Assembly: GCA_001938485.1 (NCBI GenBank)
Contig: MQRK01249795.1
Location: forward strand, 4,672-68,671
Direction of reading: 5' to 3'
Length of the DNA stretch: 64,000 nt
Origin: Girardia tigrina
Taxonomy: Eukaryota
This document shows positions 38,561 to 52,246 of the stretch, piece after piece; within the stretch, counting starts at the first letter, position 1; each line of letters opens with the position of its first letter. The position numbers and the translations under genes are program-made. The notes beneath the pieces are model-generated. The model had not been told where the DNA came from, made no database searches, and saw only the letters and a list, made by a program, of their open reading frames with translations.

Positions 38561-41500
38561 ATTCTCAACAACATCATTTAATTCTTCAAAGGCAGTTATT
38601 TATCATTTCTTTTCATAATTTTACAATCATATCGCTGATGTGTATTATTTAAATGAGTTTTATATGAAAATAAAAAAATAATGATCAGCGCTATTTTGAC
38701 ATGAAATTTGGTGCTATTTTTCGTTCACTTTTTTATCTATATATTAATATATTAATATACTTGACAAAATATATTATTAAGTATTTCTTTGATATTTGTA
38801 ATCAGGAAATTTTTTTAAAATATTATCTCTTCAGTATAAATTGATTATTATTAATTTGAATTGTTTAAATTTTCATCATTCAACTTATCACATATTTTTA
38901 ACGATTTTTCTAGTAGCACCAAATATTACAAATTTTTCATGTCTGGGATTGATCGACTTAGTACAATCTTCTTTCAACGGCTTTCACAAAAACCAACCCA
39001 TAATTTATATATTGGCAATAAATAAAATCTCGTACATCACAACAGATCAAAGATCTTATAAACATTTTACCCTTAACTTTAATATAAAACTATATAAATG
39101 TCTTATAAAATTGGGTGAGAACGCCTATCAGACTCTGTGGAGTTAATTTTTGATTGGAAAGTTCACGAAAAGAATCAGCTGATACAATCTTGCCGTGATG
39201 TTTGTCGAGCGGTTCATTCGATCAATTATTACTATATCTGATCAATTCAGCCAAGTCACTCGACGATATCCAAATAGTTGGCAGCTATATATTAGGGAAA
39301 CAGAACTTATCAGATTGTCGGTTCAACAATTGAAATCTCATTAAATTCTTTCTCTAATCTGTGTAAGAATATAAATACATGTTTCACAAATGAATCAATA
39401 AAGGAAATATTTTCATCTTTGTTATAGTCATACAAATCGTTGACATAAGACGTCTTCACTAATTGAAACAGAAAAGACAAGAACATAGCTAAGCATTCAA
39501 CTTACTCAGCAAAAGTTTTGAATTTACACATAAATTATCAACAATCAAATATCATAAAATGTAAAAAATATCAAAACAGAAACAAAGTAATAAACATTTA
39601 TTTTAATTTTGAGCATATAAATAATAATAATAATTATCGTGTTTTTGATGGGCGAGGCGGCTGGATCAAGCGCGCTGGAGTAGAGATCGAGTCTGTTCTG
39701 GAGATAGTGGAGTCCGAGCGGCGTCGGCGCATTCTGTCTCAGTCCTTCAAACAATGCGGATGTGTTGTTGATCTGATGTCGACACGGTGACGAGTTTTGA
39801 AAGAATTTCATGTGGTCCGGTTGATCGAATAGATTCTTGATCTAGATCGATTGATTCGCGTATTGTTGGGAAGTGAAGACGGCGATTATCGGGTTCCGAT
39901 TTGTCATGAGATCGTTCGAAAATTGTTGGGCGGTTAAATAGGTGACTTTTTGTTGCAAAATAAGTTGATTGTAGTTCGTTAATTATAATAAATAATTGTA
40001 GTTCAATGATTGTAGTTCAATAATTATAATAAATAATTGCACAAAAAATGCGCGGTAAATAAATATTGTATTTAATTTTATCGTTATTAGTTTGTTAATT
40101 ATTTTAAACAAACTAATTTCTTTAAACTTACAATTATAAATAACACTAAAATAACAAAAAATAATACATACAAGTTTTTACATTTTGCTTACTTAAATTA
40201 TAAAAATTTTGTTTTTATAATTATAAAATACATTAATATTTATATAAAAAATAGTTTCAATTAAAATTAAACCTAATTACATGGAACTTTCTTAAATCAC
40301 ACAATTCTAAAAACACACAACAATAATCATTTATTTTTTACTTTAAATTATTAGAATAAAGTTTCAAAGATTTAAATAAGAAACATTGGGAAAAATCGTA
40401 AAAAAATTTCTAATCTCCTGAAGATTATTTAGAATTTGGTATGTTGAAATAAAAATGTTGAATTGGGTATTTGAAAATGATTAAAAATTATTTTGGGTGT
40501 TCTTGGTGAAAGATTGTTGCAACATAATTAGCATTTTAAATTACAACATAAAATATTTAAAATGAAATTATTTTTTAGTAATGTAAAAAACTTTAAACTA
40601 AAATTTTGAAAAACGAATAAATAATTTTTTTTAAAATAAAAGTCAATGAAATAATTTTTCAGTCAATTGAAAGTTTTTTTTAAAAACAATATTAAATAGT
40701 AAAATTTCTATTTGAAAATATTAAAATATTAAATTTCTAAAAATGTATAAAATAATCATGACACTGTAAAATTAATTTAATCTAGTTTTATTTCAAACGA
40801 TAACCGTTTTGTTGACTGTGGTCCTTTTGACAATAAGAATTTTGAAAATAATAATAAAGATTTGGAAAACCATATTAGTGTTCTTAATATACATATTTTG
40901 TAATTCTTAAAAAAAAGTATTTTTAAACTGGTTAGATATCTGAACGTATGAAACAACTGAATTCTACTCAGTTTTACTGAAACAAAAATTTTATTAAACT
41001 AGAACAGGAACATTAGTAGTAAACTATAATTTTCTATTGTAATCAAGGATTTCACAAATTTTATTTTAGAGTGACTTTGTAAGGTGACACTCAATTTTGT
41101 TGGGAGAGTCATTCGACCGTATTTATTCTTTTAAATGAATAGTTTGTCTGAAGGATAATTCATCCTCCGTATATGTTGACAATTTCAGACAACTTTTCTA
41201 TTTTGGGAATAAATTTCTGTCAACAGTTGACAATTCGAACAAATCTGCTCTGTTTTATATTAAAAGAATACCTTATTGATTGTATTCTAGATTTGTAAAG
41301 ATGATATTGAGAAATAATAAGAGTATTTATATTTATAATATAATCACTTCAATAATAATATTACTGAAAAAATAGGATTATTTTAGGAAATAAAAGTTTG
41401 TATTAATTTATATTTTGTATGGGTTTTTATTATCTATTAATTAAAGCGAAGATTAGTATCTGTTCTTAAATGAATGTTGATTGTGGTTTTGTTAAAAAAG

Positions 41501-41749
41501 AATCAATAGTTTCAACTAGTGAGTGTTCGGGATTCACATCTTATTATGACTATTATATGATATTAATATCGGTATTTATATTCACTTTGAATTTTTTGTT
41601 ATTTGTTTACATAATGTAATTATTGATCTTGAAAAGAAGGATTGATGTGCACAATTTAAAAGATTTGCTGAGTAGTAAAATTATTTGAAGATCGTTCTTT
41701 TTTTTAATTAAAATTGCAAATGTTCATCTAAATACTACGAAACTAAATA

Positions 41750-41988
41750 CAGTAGATTTCGCTTATAGAGAACTTGCTTAAAGAGAATAAAATCGGGTAA
41801 AGAGAACTTTTTGGTTTTTTTTAACTTTTTGAACTTTTTTTTTAAAATAAATGTGTTGATTAGTAAAGTTTTTTTTGATATTTTTTTAAAAATTATCCTT
41901 ATAAAAAAGTATCTGTTAAAGAGAAATATCGGTTATAGAGAACATTTTTTCAAGTCCCAAAATTATTCTCTTTAAGCGGTATCTACTG
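41750..41988. mobile_element. pogo/Tigger-type MITE
   Basis: TA flanks; TIR CAGTAGATTTCGCTTATAGAGAA / TTCTCTTTAAGCGGTATCTACTG; internal AGAGAA subrepeats. Confidence 0.85.
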
Positions 41989-42025
41989 TACTACGTAACT
42001 AAACTGAACCATTGAAAAATGTATT

Positions 42026-43964
42026 TATGAGGAATATTTTTAAATTGATTTTTTTGTGTGTTGTTTTAGGATTTCTTTCTCCCACCCAGAAGGAGGATTG
42101 ATATTTTAAATGAAGGAAGAGTGTTATTATTCTATCAAACAATGTCTATTTCTACAGCTAAAATTATTTTGTAATTTAAATTGTAAATTATTTTGTAATT
42201 GATATTGTAAATTAAACTGTTATTTAAATATAAAAAAAATATATCAATCAAAAAAGATGCTTACCGAATATGGCGTTACTCAAAATTGTAGTAATGATGA
42301 GTGTATTTCTGTTGTTAATAAATGTTTTCACACAAATTGTGATATTGTTAATAGTTACTTGCTATATAATGGTATGTATAAATGTAAATACTTAGGCTGT
42401 CCCAAAAGTCCTCAGGTGGCCTTTAAAAACACACTAATATTTTACCAAATTTAACCAAATTTGGACTGAATATTATTCAGACTGTCATAAATACTGTGTT
42501 AAAATTTCAAAGCATAAAATTTGAAACTTACCAAAAAAATAATATTATTAACCAACAAAAAAAAATAGATGCAGTGAATTTAAAAATTTATTTAAAAAAA
42601 TATTTTAAAAATTTCTTAAGCAACAACATATTCACCATTGTTGTCAATAACCAACTGACAATAGTTGAAAAGTTTATCTAGTTGATTTTTTAATGTTTCT
42701 GTTGATAAAGAATTAAAAAGGAATTTACAAGCTTCTTCAATTTCTTCATGTGATTTGAAAATATGATTTTTAAAACTTTTCTTCATTTTTGAAAACAAGA
42801 ATCTGTCTCACAGATTAAAATCTGACTATAGGGCGATTGATAAATTTTTTCAATTTATCTTCTTTCAAAAAAAGAGTTGCTTCTTTGATAGAATGAGGTC
42901 TTGCATTATCATGCCACCACTTAAGTTCCTTTGGCTTGATGCTGTTAGATCTAAGTTTCCGCCATTTTTCACCGGTGTCATGAACAAAGTTCACATACGC
43001 CTCGGAATCAATCTTAGTAACATATGGCAGTGCTTTTACATTAAAACGTTTGTTGCAGGTAAAGGTTACGAAAACAAGAGATTTTTTATCAGTCATTGGT
43101 GATACCTTCATCACTTTTGGTGGAACAGCATTAGAAGGAATCCAAACTTTGTGATCCTCTTTCTTTCCTCTACCTTGGAAAAAGACCCATGTCTCATCCT
43201 CGATCACTATGTTGGAATATGCTTCATCACCCATCTGTGAAATTACATGGCGTATATGCTTTGCAGTGTTAATGCGTTGTTGTTTATTAGCAGCAGAAAG
43301 TTCATAAGGGACCCAAACAGAGCAAACTTTTTTGTAATGAAGTTTTTCACGCAAAATTTTGTGGACTGTATTTTTACCGAAAGAAAGTTCATTTTCAATA
43401 TAACGCAAAGACGCATTTGGAGCTTCATCAATCACTTCTTTGACTGCTTTAATCTTTTCATCGTCTATTAATGATGGCCTGCCACTTCTTGATGAATCGT
43501 CGAAGGACGTCCGCTTTTCTTTTTTAAAATCAGTCAACCATTGTTGAATAGTTTTCAATGCTGAGTGATTTGCGTCTTCCCATGCCTGCTGAAGTTGCTG
43601 AAGAATTTCTGAAGCAGAGAATCCTCTTTTACTTTGAGTTAGAACAAAAAAACGTTGGCAACATTTATTTGGTTCCATTGTTAAAAACTGCTTGATTTGA
43701 ATTCGCTACACTTTTAAAATTTCAATACTTTAATAAAACAAAATTTTACTTTTTTTTAATTTTATGCTTTGAAATTTTAACACAGTATTTATGACATCCT
43801 GAATAATATTCAGTCCAAATTTGGTTAAATTTGGTAAAATATTAGTGTGTTTTTAAAGGCCCCCTGAGTACTTTTTGGACAGCCTAAATATATATAAGAA
43901 ATATGAAAAGATATAAATAAAAAAAGATTTAAAATAATGAAAAGGAAAAAATGGTTCAAATCCA
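42026..43964 (+). mobile_element. Solo LTR (short family) hosting a nested mariner
   Basis: Starts TATGAGGAATATT, ends CA, 5-bp TSD GTATT, core box TCTCCCACCCAGAAGG; homologous to 17145-17654. Confidence 0.8.
42391..43888 (-). mobile_element. Mariner-like DD34D transposon with ~130-bp TIRs; transposase 43678-~42617 with 3' frameshifts
   Basis: TA TSDs; TIRs 42391-42521 and 43758-43888. Motifs WVPYEL, IEDETW, HDNARPH and reconstructed SPYS(P)DFNL(C)DRFLF, with 34 residues between the second and third Asp. Confidence 0.95.
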
Positions 43965-44524
43965 GTATTTTTATATTATCAAATTATTATTATTATTATT
44001 GTTAATCTTATGATGTTCGAATATTTACTGAAGTTTTTAAATTAAAAATTTTTCAATAAAAATCATACAACATTATTATTTATAATAAAATAGATGTTAT
44101 TATTTTCGGAAAAAATATTTATTTCAATAATTAATTTATCAAAAAAAAGTTATTTGATCATAAAAATAATTGTAATAATCAAATCAGCACGACAGTCGGG
44201 TTGTTATTATTTTTTAACTATTATTCTATTATTGCTATTACTATTACACCTTGACAATTATATTCTTGGAGAGTCTACATGAAAGAAATAATATTATTTA
44301 ATATAAAATATCCGTTAATAAAACAACTTTCTAATTTTATGTTTAAAGGATATAATTATTCTTACTTTGAAAATAATTATCCATTTGATTTTTTTAAAAA
44401 TAAAAATAATTTGCTATTTAAAATGAGCAAAATGCTTAGACTTTTAAAGAGTCGTTTTTGACTTACTTTAAGTTGCGAAATTAAAATAAATCAGATAAAT
44501 AAATGAAATTAAGAATAAATTTAT

Positions 44525-45105
44525 TTACTTGTTTATTTACCTCGTTTATTTCGAACGTCTAATTAAACTTTTTATTCAAGAAATAATTTAACTATTTTTA
44601 CATTTTGATCTGGACTTTCTTTTCTGATCGTTTTTTGCGAGTTTTATTTTGAAAATCTAGTGAACAATTGCATCCAAGAAATAATTTAGCTATTTCTACA
44701 ATTGGATTTTGACTTTCGATAAATCCGATCCTCGCGAGTTCCTTTTGAACATCCAGTTTACAATTCTATCTAAGAAGTAATTTAGCTATTTTTACATTTT
44801 TTTCGACAAACGATAAGAATATGTATTTGGTGTCATTTATTTTAAACATCTAGTTTACACATTTTTTCAAGAAGTAATTTTGCTATTTCTGCATTTTTAT
44901 TTTGGCTTTCGATAATTATTGTTCCATGCGTGTTCTTTTTTGGAACATCTATTTTAAAATTCCATTTTAGAAGTAATTTAACTATTTCTACATTTTGATC
45001 TTTTTAAGGATTATTAAGAACATTGAGACAAGTCTCGTTTGAATCTTTATTGCAATCACATTTAGAGTCATTACAACTCACAGAAGGTCTTTCATCGTTT
45101 GTCAT
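44525..45105 (-). pseudogene. Decayed ankyrin-repeat coding sequence (~5 repeats, ~98-bp period)
   Basis: Minus strand NVEIVKLLLKWNFKIDV, NAEIAKLLLEKMCKLDV, VKIAKLLL, VEIAKLFL..LDFQNK and LDVRNKRG, with stops and frameshifts. Confidence 0.8.
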
Positions 45106-46469
45106 AATTCTAATTGGTTTTCTAATTTCTATTTTTAATCATGATTATTCGAACAATTTTTCTAAGTTATTTTTTTAAAATATTAATTAAAAAAATAATA
45201 ATTTTTACATTTCTCAATAAATCCCAAAATAATAAAAATGTCATCAAATTATTTAAAATGCATTTAATTTAAATTTTACTAAAAATTATTAAACTTAATT
45301 TTAATTGTTAAATTAATTCGTACTCTTCTAAAGGCAAAAGGAGGATATACAAATTACTAAATCCCAATTACTGTAATTGAGTATCTGTGCGATCATAATT
45401 GTATACTTTTAATACATTTTTTGTTTAAACGCCTATTTGTTATTAATAATGTTAAACTTTTTTATATACATATCATCTTGTAGAGCTTAAAATTATCTTT
45501 CAGGCAAATATCTAAAAGTTGTGAACCGATTTATACTCCCTAAGTAATTCACGATTTAGTAAAAAATAGAAAAAAAGTATACAATTATGGAAGTCAGTGT
45601 ATATTAATTGTATTTTTATTTAATGTATATTTTATAATAAATGTATGTTGTTTAAATATTTCAAATTAACTTGTAAAATAAGCGCAAAATTTGAAATTGA
45701 AAAACTGTGGATTATAAAATAAATTTTTATTAATGAAAACGCTTTTTGATTTCGGATTTATTAATAAAACCGGAAAAGAAAATAATTGTCAATTTTCGAC
45801 AATTAACAATCTTGACTTCCGATAATTATCGGAGTTTGACATTCAAACAATATTCAACTCTTTGAAAACAAAAATGTTTGGAAATCAACAATAGAATGTT
45901 CAATAAGTTTAGATGAAACTAAATTTGTCCATAGATTCAATGTTTCAGATCAATACATAAGATGATGTTTAAAAAAATGTAGTTTTTTTCATATTTTGAC
46001 TTTAAAAAATAAAAGTTATTTAAACAATTATCAAGTTTCATTAATAACATATATAAATTACAATACACAATATCAAACTTCTTTATTGAATTTCGATATC
46101 GAAATTAATTTTACCGGAAATTTTCTAAAATAAATCAAGTGAATCATATTTTTGTTTACAGAAATTAAAAATTTCCGGTATTTTATTAATAATTCATATT
46201 TACAACGTTGGAAACAGTAAAATGCGTCTCGTATTTTCCTTATTATACATTTTCATATAAGCTTAATCTGTCTGTTGGTCTAGTACAAATTTTGTAATTG
46301 ATTTTTCAACCATTTCAAAATGCTCAAGTAAGCTTAAATTTTGTATACTTGCTCAATTCCAATCATAATACATGAATCAATTAACAAGTATTTTCGTGCA
46401 CGTATAAAAGTGTGTTTATTTTTGAAAACTTTTTTTCTAAATATTCTTCTTCTTTCTTCATTTTTACCT

Positions 46470-46950
46470 TATTTGTTGGGTCGTTGGTGCACCCAATTAT
46501 TCACAAGCCTTCGCAACATATCTCTATTTGTAGCCTCTTTACTCAGACATTCCATGTTCAATCCACTCCATTTTTAAATCGTCTGCCCATTGTGTCTTTG
46601 GTATTCCTTTTGGTCTTTCTCAACCCACTCTTCCTTCAATCATAACCTTTGCAAGTGCCTGTTTTATTATCTGATGTTCATAGAATTTCAGCTTTCTTCT
46701 CTTGATAGTCTCTTCTTTTGATTCTGGTTTTTTACCTATTATTTCTTTCACTCTCATCCAGATAAATTCGTTTATCTTCTTTTCTTCCCACGTGATTTTC
46801 ATTATTCTCATGTAACACTTCATTTCAAACGCTTTAAGTCTATCCATGATCTTCTGATTTATTGTCCAACTCTCACATCCATAGAGGATTGTTGCCCAGA
46901 CATTATTCCTTGTGATCCTTATTTTGCTCTTGAGAAGGATTTCTTTGAGG
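46470..46950 (-). mobile_element. RTE-like LINE 3' fragment
   Basis: ILYGCESWT..DRLKAFEMKCYMRIMKITWEEK..IKRRKLKFY..MIEGRV, the typical post-RT region of RTE-clade LINEs. Confidence 0.85.
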
Positions 46951-49900
46951 TTAAGTTACTTGTTTAATATTAATGTATACTTTTGGTGTATTCTATCTTA
47001 AATTTTGTCTAAATCACTATTTTATGAAATCACTATAAAAAGTGTGACTTTGTATGTCTCTTGTTAAGGGTTTCACAAAATAAGCGCTGGACATTTGTGT
47101 ATTGTAATTTATCCTCATCAATACATTAATTTTGCTTAATAAGAAACTAAAGATTCTCAAAACCTACTGATAAAGAAATATGTATGTACATGATACAGAT
47201 TTTAATGGTTTTATTTAAATTTAACCGTATCATTTAACTAAAAGAGTAGGATTATAAAAAGATAATATTTACTTGGTTCTCTCAATCATGAAAGATTTTT
47301 TTGATGTAGGTAAGTTAATAAAAAGTTATTTAATCTCCTAATTAGAACTTAGAGCCTTAAATTATGTCCTTGAAACATTCCAATACTTGCCACGGAAGCA
47401 TTGCTCCAATAATTGCAAAGATAGTATTGAAGAATTATTTTGATGCTTTTGAAGATATGGAGACCCTTTGACTCAATGTCGTTAAATTACTACATAAGTT
47501 TACTTTATTTGAGGTAAAATATGTCTCGAAGCTCTTTTCCTCAAGAATCATCTTTACTTTCTCTCTGAGAAAATCTAGGAACGGTCTCTGATAAACACAG
47601 TTCAAGGTTTCTTCTTACAATAGACTTTTTACGAATCACTTCCGAGATTGGACATACTCAAGATTTGCTACTAAATATTAACTCTAGAAACTGTTGATTA
47701 TGATTTTTGACTAAAGGTACTAGCGAGAAATATTTACAGTTTTGTCTTTGTTAATTATCTCTGATTGTTTTAAATGCAAGATTAAATTCTGTTGATTTTA
47801 TTATACTCAGTTTTGTAGAAAAGTGGTTGTGATGAATAAATTTATATTTTGAAAGCAGCACGTCAAAATACCCTACATAAGCCTCTACATAGGTCAAATG
47901 TAAATAAGTTTTGCATGATCATGTAATTTTTGTTTAATTTCATGATAAAAATTAGATTGAAACGTAACAACAATTAGATTAAACGTGTCGGGCTTGGCGG
48001 AGACGTTCATCCAAGTGATGGGTGCGGGGAAAGGCCGCTAGTGAAAGAACCCCTGTGGAAACCAGGGCCAGTGTAAAGGACGCCATCGGGCCGATAACTG
48101 CGGCGAATTTATTTATGTACAAACGGGGCACTTTTGCTCACAGACAAAAAAAAAGAAATCAGATAGATGAGACGCAAATTTTGAGCAAGCTAAAGGGAAA
48201 ATTAAAGATGAGTATCTAGATTCCAGAACACGAATGATAAAGATAGGCAACTGCGATATCAATATAATGTTATAAAAATATTTCTTACTCAGAACAAATG
48301 ATAGGGTGACCTATGATGAACACAATGAAATATGAAGGATTTTAAGCATGAGACTATGATCTTTGTATTATGCTCATTGGAGGCCGAAAATCTTGAAAAT
48401 TATGTTTTAGACTCATTTTACTTATTTGATTTGAATTAGGTATTATGGAGGATCTACCTAAAATATTATTATTATTAATATAAATAAATTAATATTAATA
48501 AATTATAAAAGTTTAACTTAAATATCCACGATGTAATTTAATGATTAAAACATTTAAAAAATAAAGAATTATTTTTTTTAAGAACAGTTGTATTTTTTCA
48601 TTTTTAATTAAATTTGAAAACATATTTTAGAAATTAAAAAATAATAATTCTTTGATAAAAATTTTTTTCCCAAGAATTGACTTTTATATTTTTCTTTTTG
48701 ATATTTAATCTATTATATTAATTTTCTCAAATTTCTCTTTTTTTTGTTTTCAAATACATGAAAAAATTAAAAAAAGATTTCCAATTCCAATACTTAAAAA
48801 TAAAAAAATATTTATAATAAAAAAATAATATTGATCAGCATATATTGATTTTAAAATGGATAATAGAAGAGACTTAATATTGGATTAAAATAATAATCCA
48901 TAAAAGATATAAATAAAAATAAAATAAACAATAATTTAAAACAGATAATATAATAAAATATCGAGAAAATATAAAATAAATTCTGTTTAAAAATTGTCTT
49001 TGTTCCTCAAAAATTACAAAATATGTGTTAAATGAAACAAATTAATTACAATTGTTGTGTGCCACCACATTTCGTTGTTTTTTATTGTTTGTTGTACAGG
49101 AGAATTTGGAAATCTTGTAGTTGTGTTTGCGTTGTGTTTGTGTTCATTTTTTTTATGTGTTTCGTTGTGTGTAAGTGCCGTTTCCTGTCCTGTTTTTGTG
49201 GATCGAAGTAATTTTAGATTTGGTGTAAAAAAATTAATTTAAAAGTGGTAATATTAATCATGTTTTCAATGCGTCGATTTGTAGCCTAATTAAATCANNN
49301 NNNNNNNNNNNNNNNNNNNNNNNNNNNNNNAATATTTTCACAAAAAATAAAAACAGAAATTCCCACTCATCTAAATCAAATTCTCAATTTCCAAGATTCA
49401 GAAAAATCCTAAAAACTATTTTTATTTGTATTTAAATCAAATTTTCTAATTGTCAATTTTATTCATTAGAGTGTTTTGTTTTGTCGTATTAATGATTTTT
49501 TTTTGCATGCAAAACTTTCGCCATATACGAAATAAAGATTAAAAACAGACTTAATCGTTTTTATTTACCAAGATTGTTTTATCGGGATTTTTGAAAACAA
49601 ACCGAATCTGTCTTACCGAACAACAGAATGACAACAACAATTAATTAAAAAAAATAATATTTCCTTTTTTAAAAGTATTAAAATTTTTCTTTGATAAAAA
49701 ACATCTATAAATATTTCAAATGAAAAAAAATAAAAGAAAATTAAAAACATTCAAAATTATTCATGTATAACGATAAAAATAAAAAAAAAGAATCTTGGAT
49801 TACTACGTAAAAAAAGAAATTATTTTTTCAAATAAATTATTTTTTTTATATATTTTTTACAAAAATATTTTTGTTTTCTTAAATAAGAAACAATAATAAT

Positions 49901-49999
49901 CAGAAAATTTTTAATTAATAAAAAATAATGAAAATTCAAAATAAATTAAAGTTTATTTTACTTATTTAAATATTAGTTTAAATAATAATTAATTATATT

Positions 50000-50135
50000 T
50001 GTAGTGATACTACTTTTTAATTAATGCATATATATGTATGTCTAGATATATATATTAATATGCGTATATATATATATATATATATNNNNNNNNNNNNNNN
50101 NNNNNNNNNNNNNNNNNNNNNNNNNNNNNNNNNNN

Positions 50136-50170
<35 letters not shown>

Positions 50171-51173
50171 TATTGAATAATTCAATCAATAAAATTAAAT
50201 TCCCTGGATTGTTAATTAAATTCGACGTGTTGTTATCCGAAATTCAACGTTGGAGACCCTCAGATTCGGAATGTATTGGTTGCAGTATTCGAGGAAATTG
50301 GTTCGTATATCGGGACACAATCCGCCAGAACTCGTCTAATTCAAAGAAGAAATTCTAATTTATCTCGACATTTCTATCAGCGGAATTTATAGTGATAACA
50401 TCCAGTTATAGTATAACAATCAATGAAGCGTTTGTCTATCTCCCAAATATCATAAGCTATGGTTTATTATGATTATTTTTAACTATCATACTGATAATTC
50501 GAACTTTTATGTCTAACTTTTATCTATAATTTGATTTAATTGATCCGTCTTTTAATTCTGTAACCAGTGAGTATGTTTTGTTTAAAGCACGACAATGTCA
50601 ATTTTATGTATGCTGTTACGGGTATCACAATGTGACCACATAATAGATTTCTATCGTCCCAAACTAGTAAGTTGGTATACGTACCAGTCAATGTCAGTGG
50701 ATCTTTATCGCATGGAGAAAATCAACAAATCGATTTCCATATCATTAACCGCGACGCATCCAACCGCAGCACTAATCATTTATCGGGTTTTCAGGTTTAA
50801 TCGGTACTGGAAATTCGTCACACATGGCACTCGCGCCGACGAATCTTCATCAATCTACCGACATCTAAACAACTCGCATAGTGATTTTCACCCGATGAAT
50901 GTTTAGTAGCAATCTAAACATGGAATCAACATTTGTTCAGCAAATCTCATGTTGATGATTTCAGTTGACACATTTTTACTGGTACAGAAATATACTTAAT
51001 ACTGATTTGGGACTTCAGAAAACAATCTATTTATTTCATAACTAATATCAATAATCCTGAAACAACCGTATGTTGATCATTCTAAACAATAAATTTTCCA
51101 GATTATTTTTGTGTTTATTATTTTATTTAGTTAATGGAAAATAGAGATCCACTCGCTCTCAATTTCCATTACA
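50000..51173 (-). mobile_element. Solo LTR (long TGTAATGGAA family)
   Basis: TG...CA termini, 5-bp TSD ATATT, (TA)n near the 3' end spanning a gap; homologous to 52876-53820. Confidence 0.85.
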
Positions 51174-52246
51174 ATATTTACTAATAATAAAAAATATTGT
51201 TTTATTTTATTTAGATTTTGATTCATGAAATTATAATATATCTATTTAGCCTCATTGTCAAAAGTTTTTATTTATAAATTTCATTTATTTATGATATTTA
51301 ATTTATAAACATTAAATTTATTTTTAAAAAAATAATTAATGACTTTTTGTAAAAATCAACTCAATGTAATATTATTATTAAAGTTTTGTTAATTTAATTA
51401 AATTTTTGATATAATAATAACTTTAAATAGGTTATAACTCTTAAAAAAGACATTTCTTTTGATTAGAAATTAGAAAAAAACTTTTATTAAAATTTTATAT
51501 TATATAAACATATGTTTAATTAATTAATAAGTTATTTTAGAACTTCAGATTTAATAACTAAAAAAAATTGTAAGGATTTTAATCAGATTTCTTTATTTTT
51601 ATATGCATTAAAAATAATTATTATTAGATTAATTTATTTAATACAGATAATACAATTTTTTAATTATATGAATATCGAATATAATTATAATAATCCCACT
51701 ATCATAACAATAACAAAATTATTCAGAATTGTAAATCTGTTAACGTAACTCAATTAATTAAAATTATTTTTAATTGAAACAAATGACTTTTAAAAAATAT
51801 TATAAATTAAAAATTATTCCTATAATTACTCTTTTCAAATTTAAATTTTAAATAAAAAATTACAAAAGGCCAAAAACTTGTATAATTTATGAAATTTAAA
51901 ATAAATAAATAAATAAATATAATGTAAAAATATTTATTTTTTTATAATTCCATAAAAATAATTAAAATACAAAAATCCCTAAGTTTTTGTCTCTAAATAT
52001 AAAATACAGGAGAACTTCGTTAGTATGGACTTCACGGAATATTAAAGAAAGAGTTAAAAATATTTAAAAATATTATTTATAAAAATAATTTTATTTATAT
52101 TTAAAATATTTATAATATAACTTATATTATTTATAATTTCAAATGTAAAAATAAAAAAGAATTAACATAAAAAACGTTCTTTTGATTCAGTAATTTACAA
52201 TTATAAATTCAATTTTAAAAATTAAATAAAAATAAAAATAACGAAC

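Noticed and set aside
44541-44558. 18-nt AG/GT-flanked micro-exon (NVRNKR) for the neuropeptide gene
   Set aside because: It is better explained as the LDVRNKRG linker of the adjacent ankyrin remnant, and it has a poor pyrimidine tract.
49057-49242. Hydrophobic Cys/Val-rich ORF as a membrane or secreted peptide
   Set aside because: GTG start, and the composition follows from a GT-rich low-complexity tract; no motif support.
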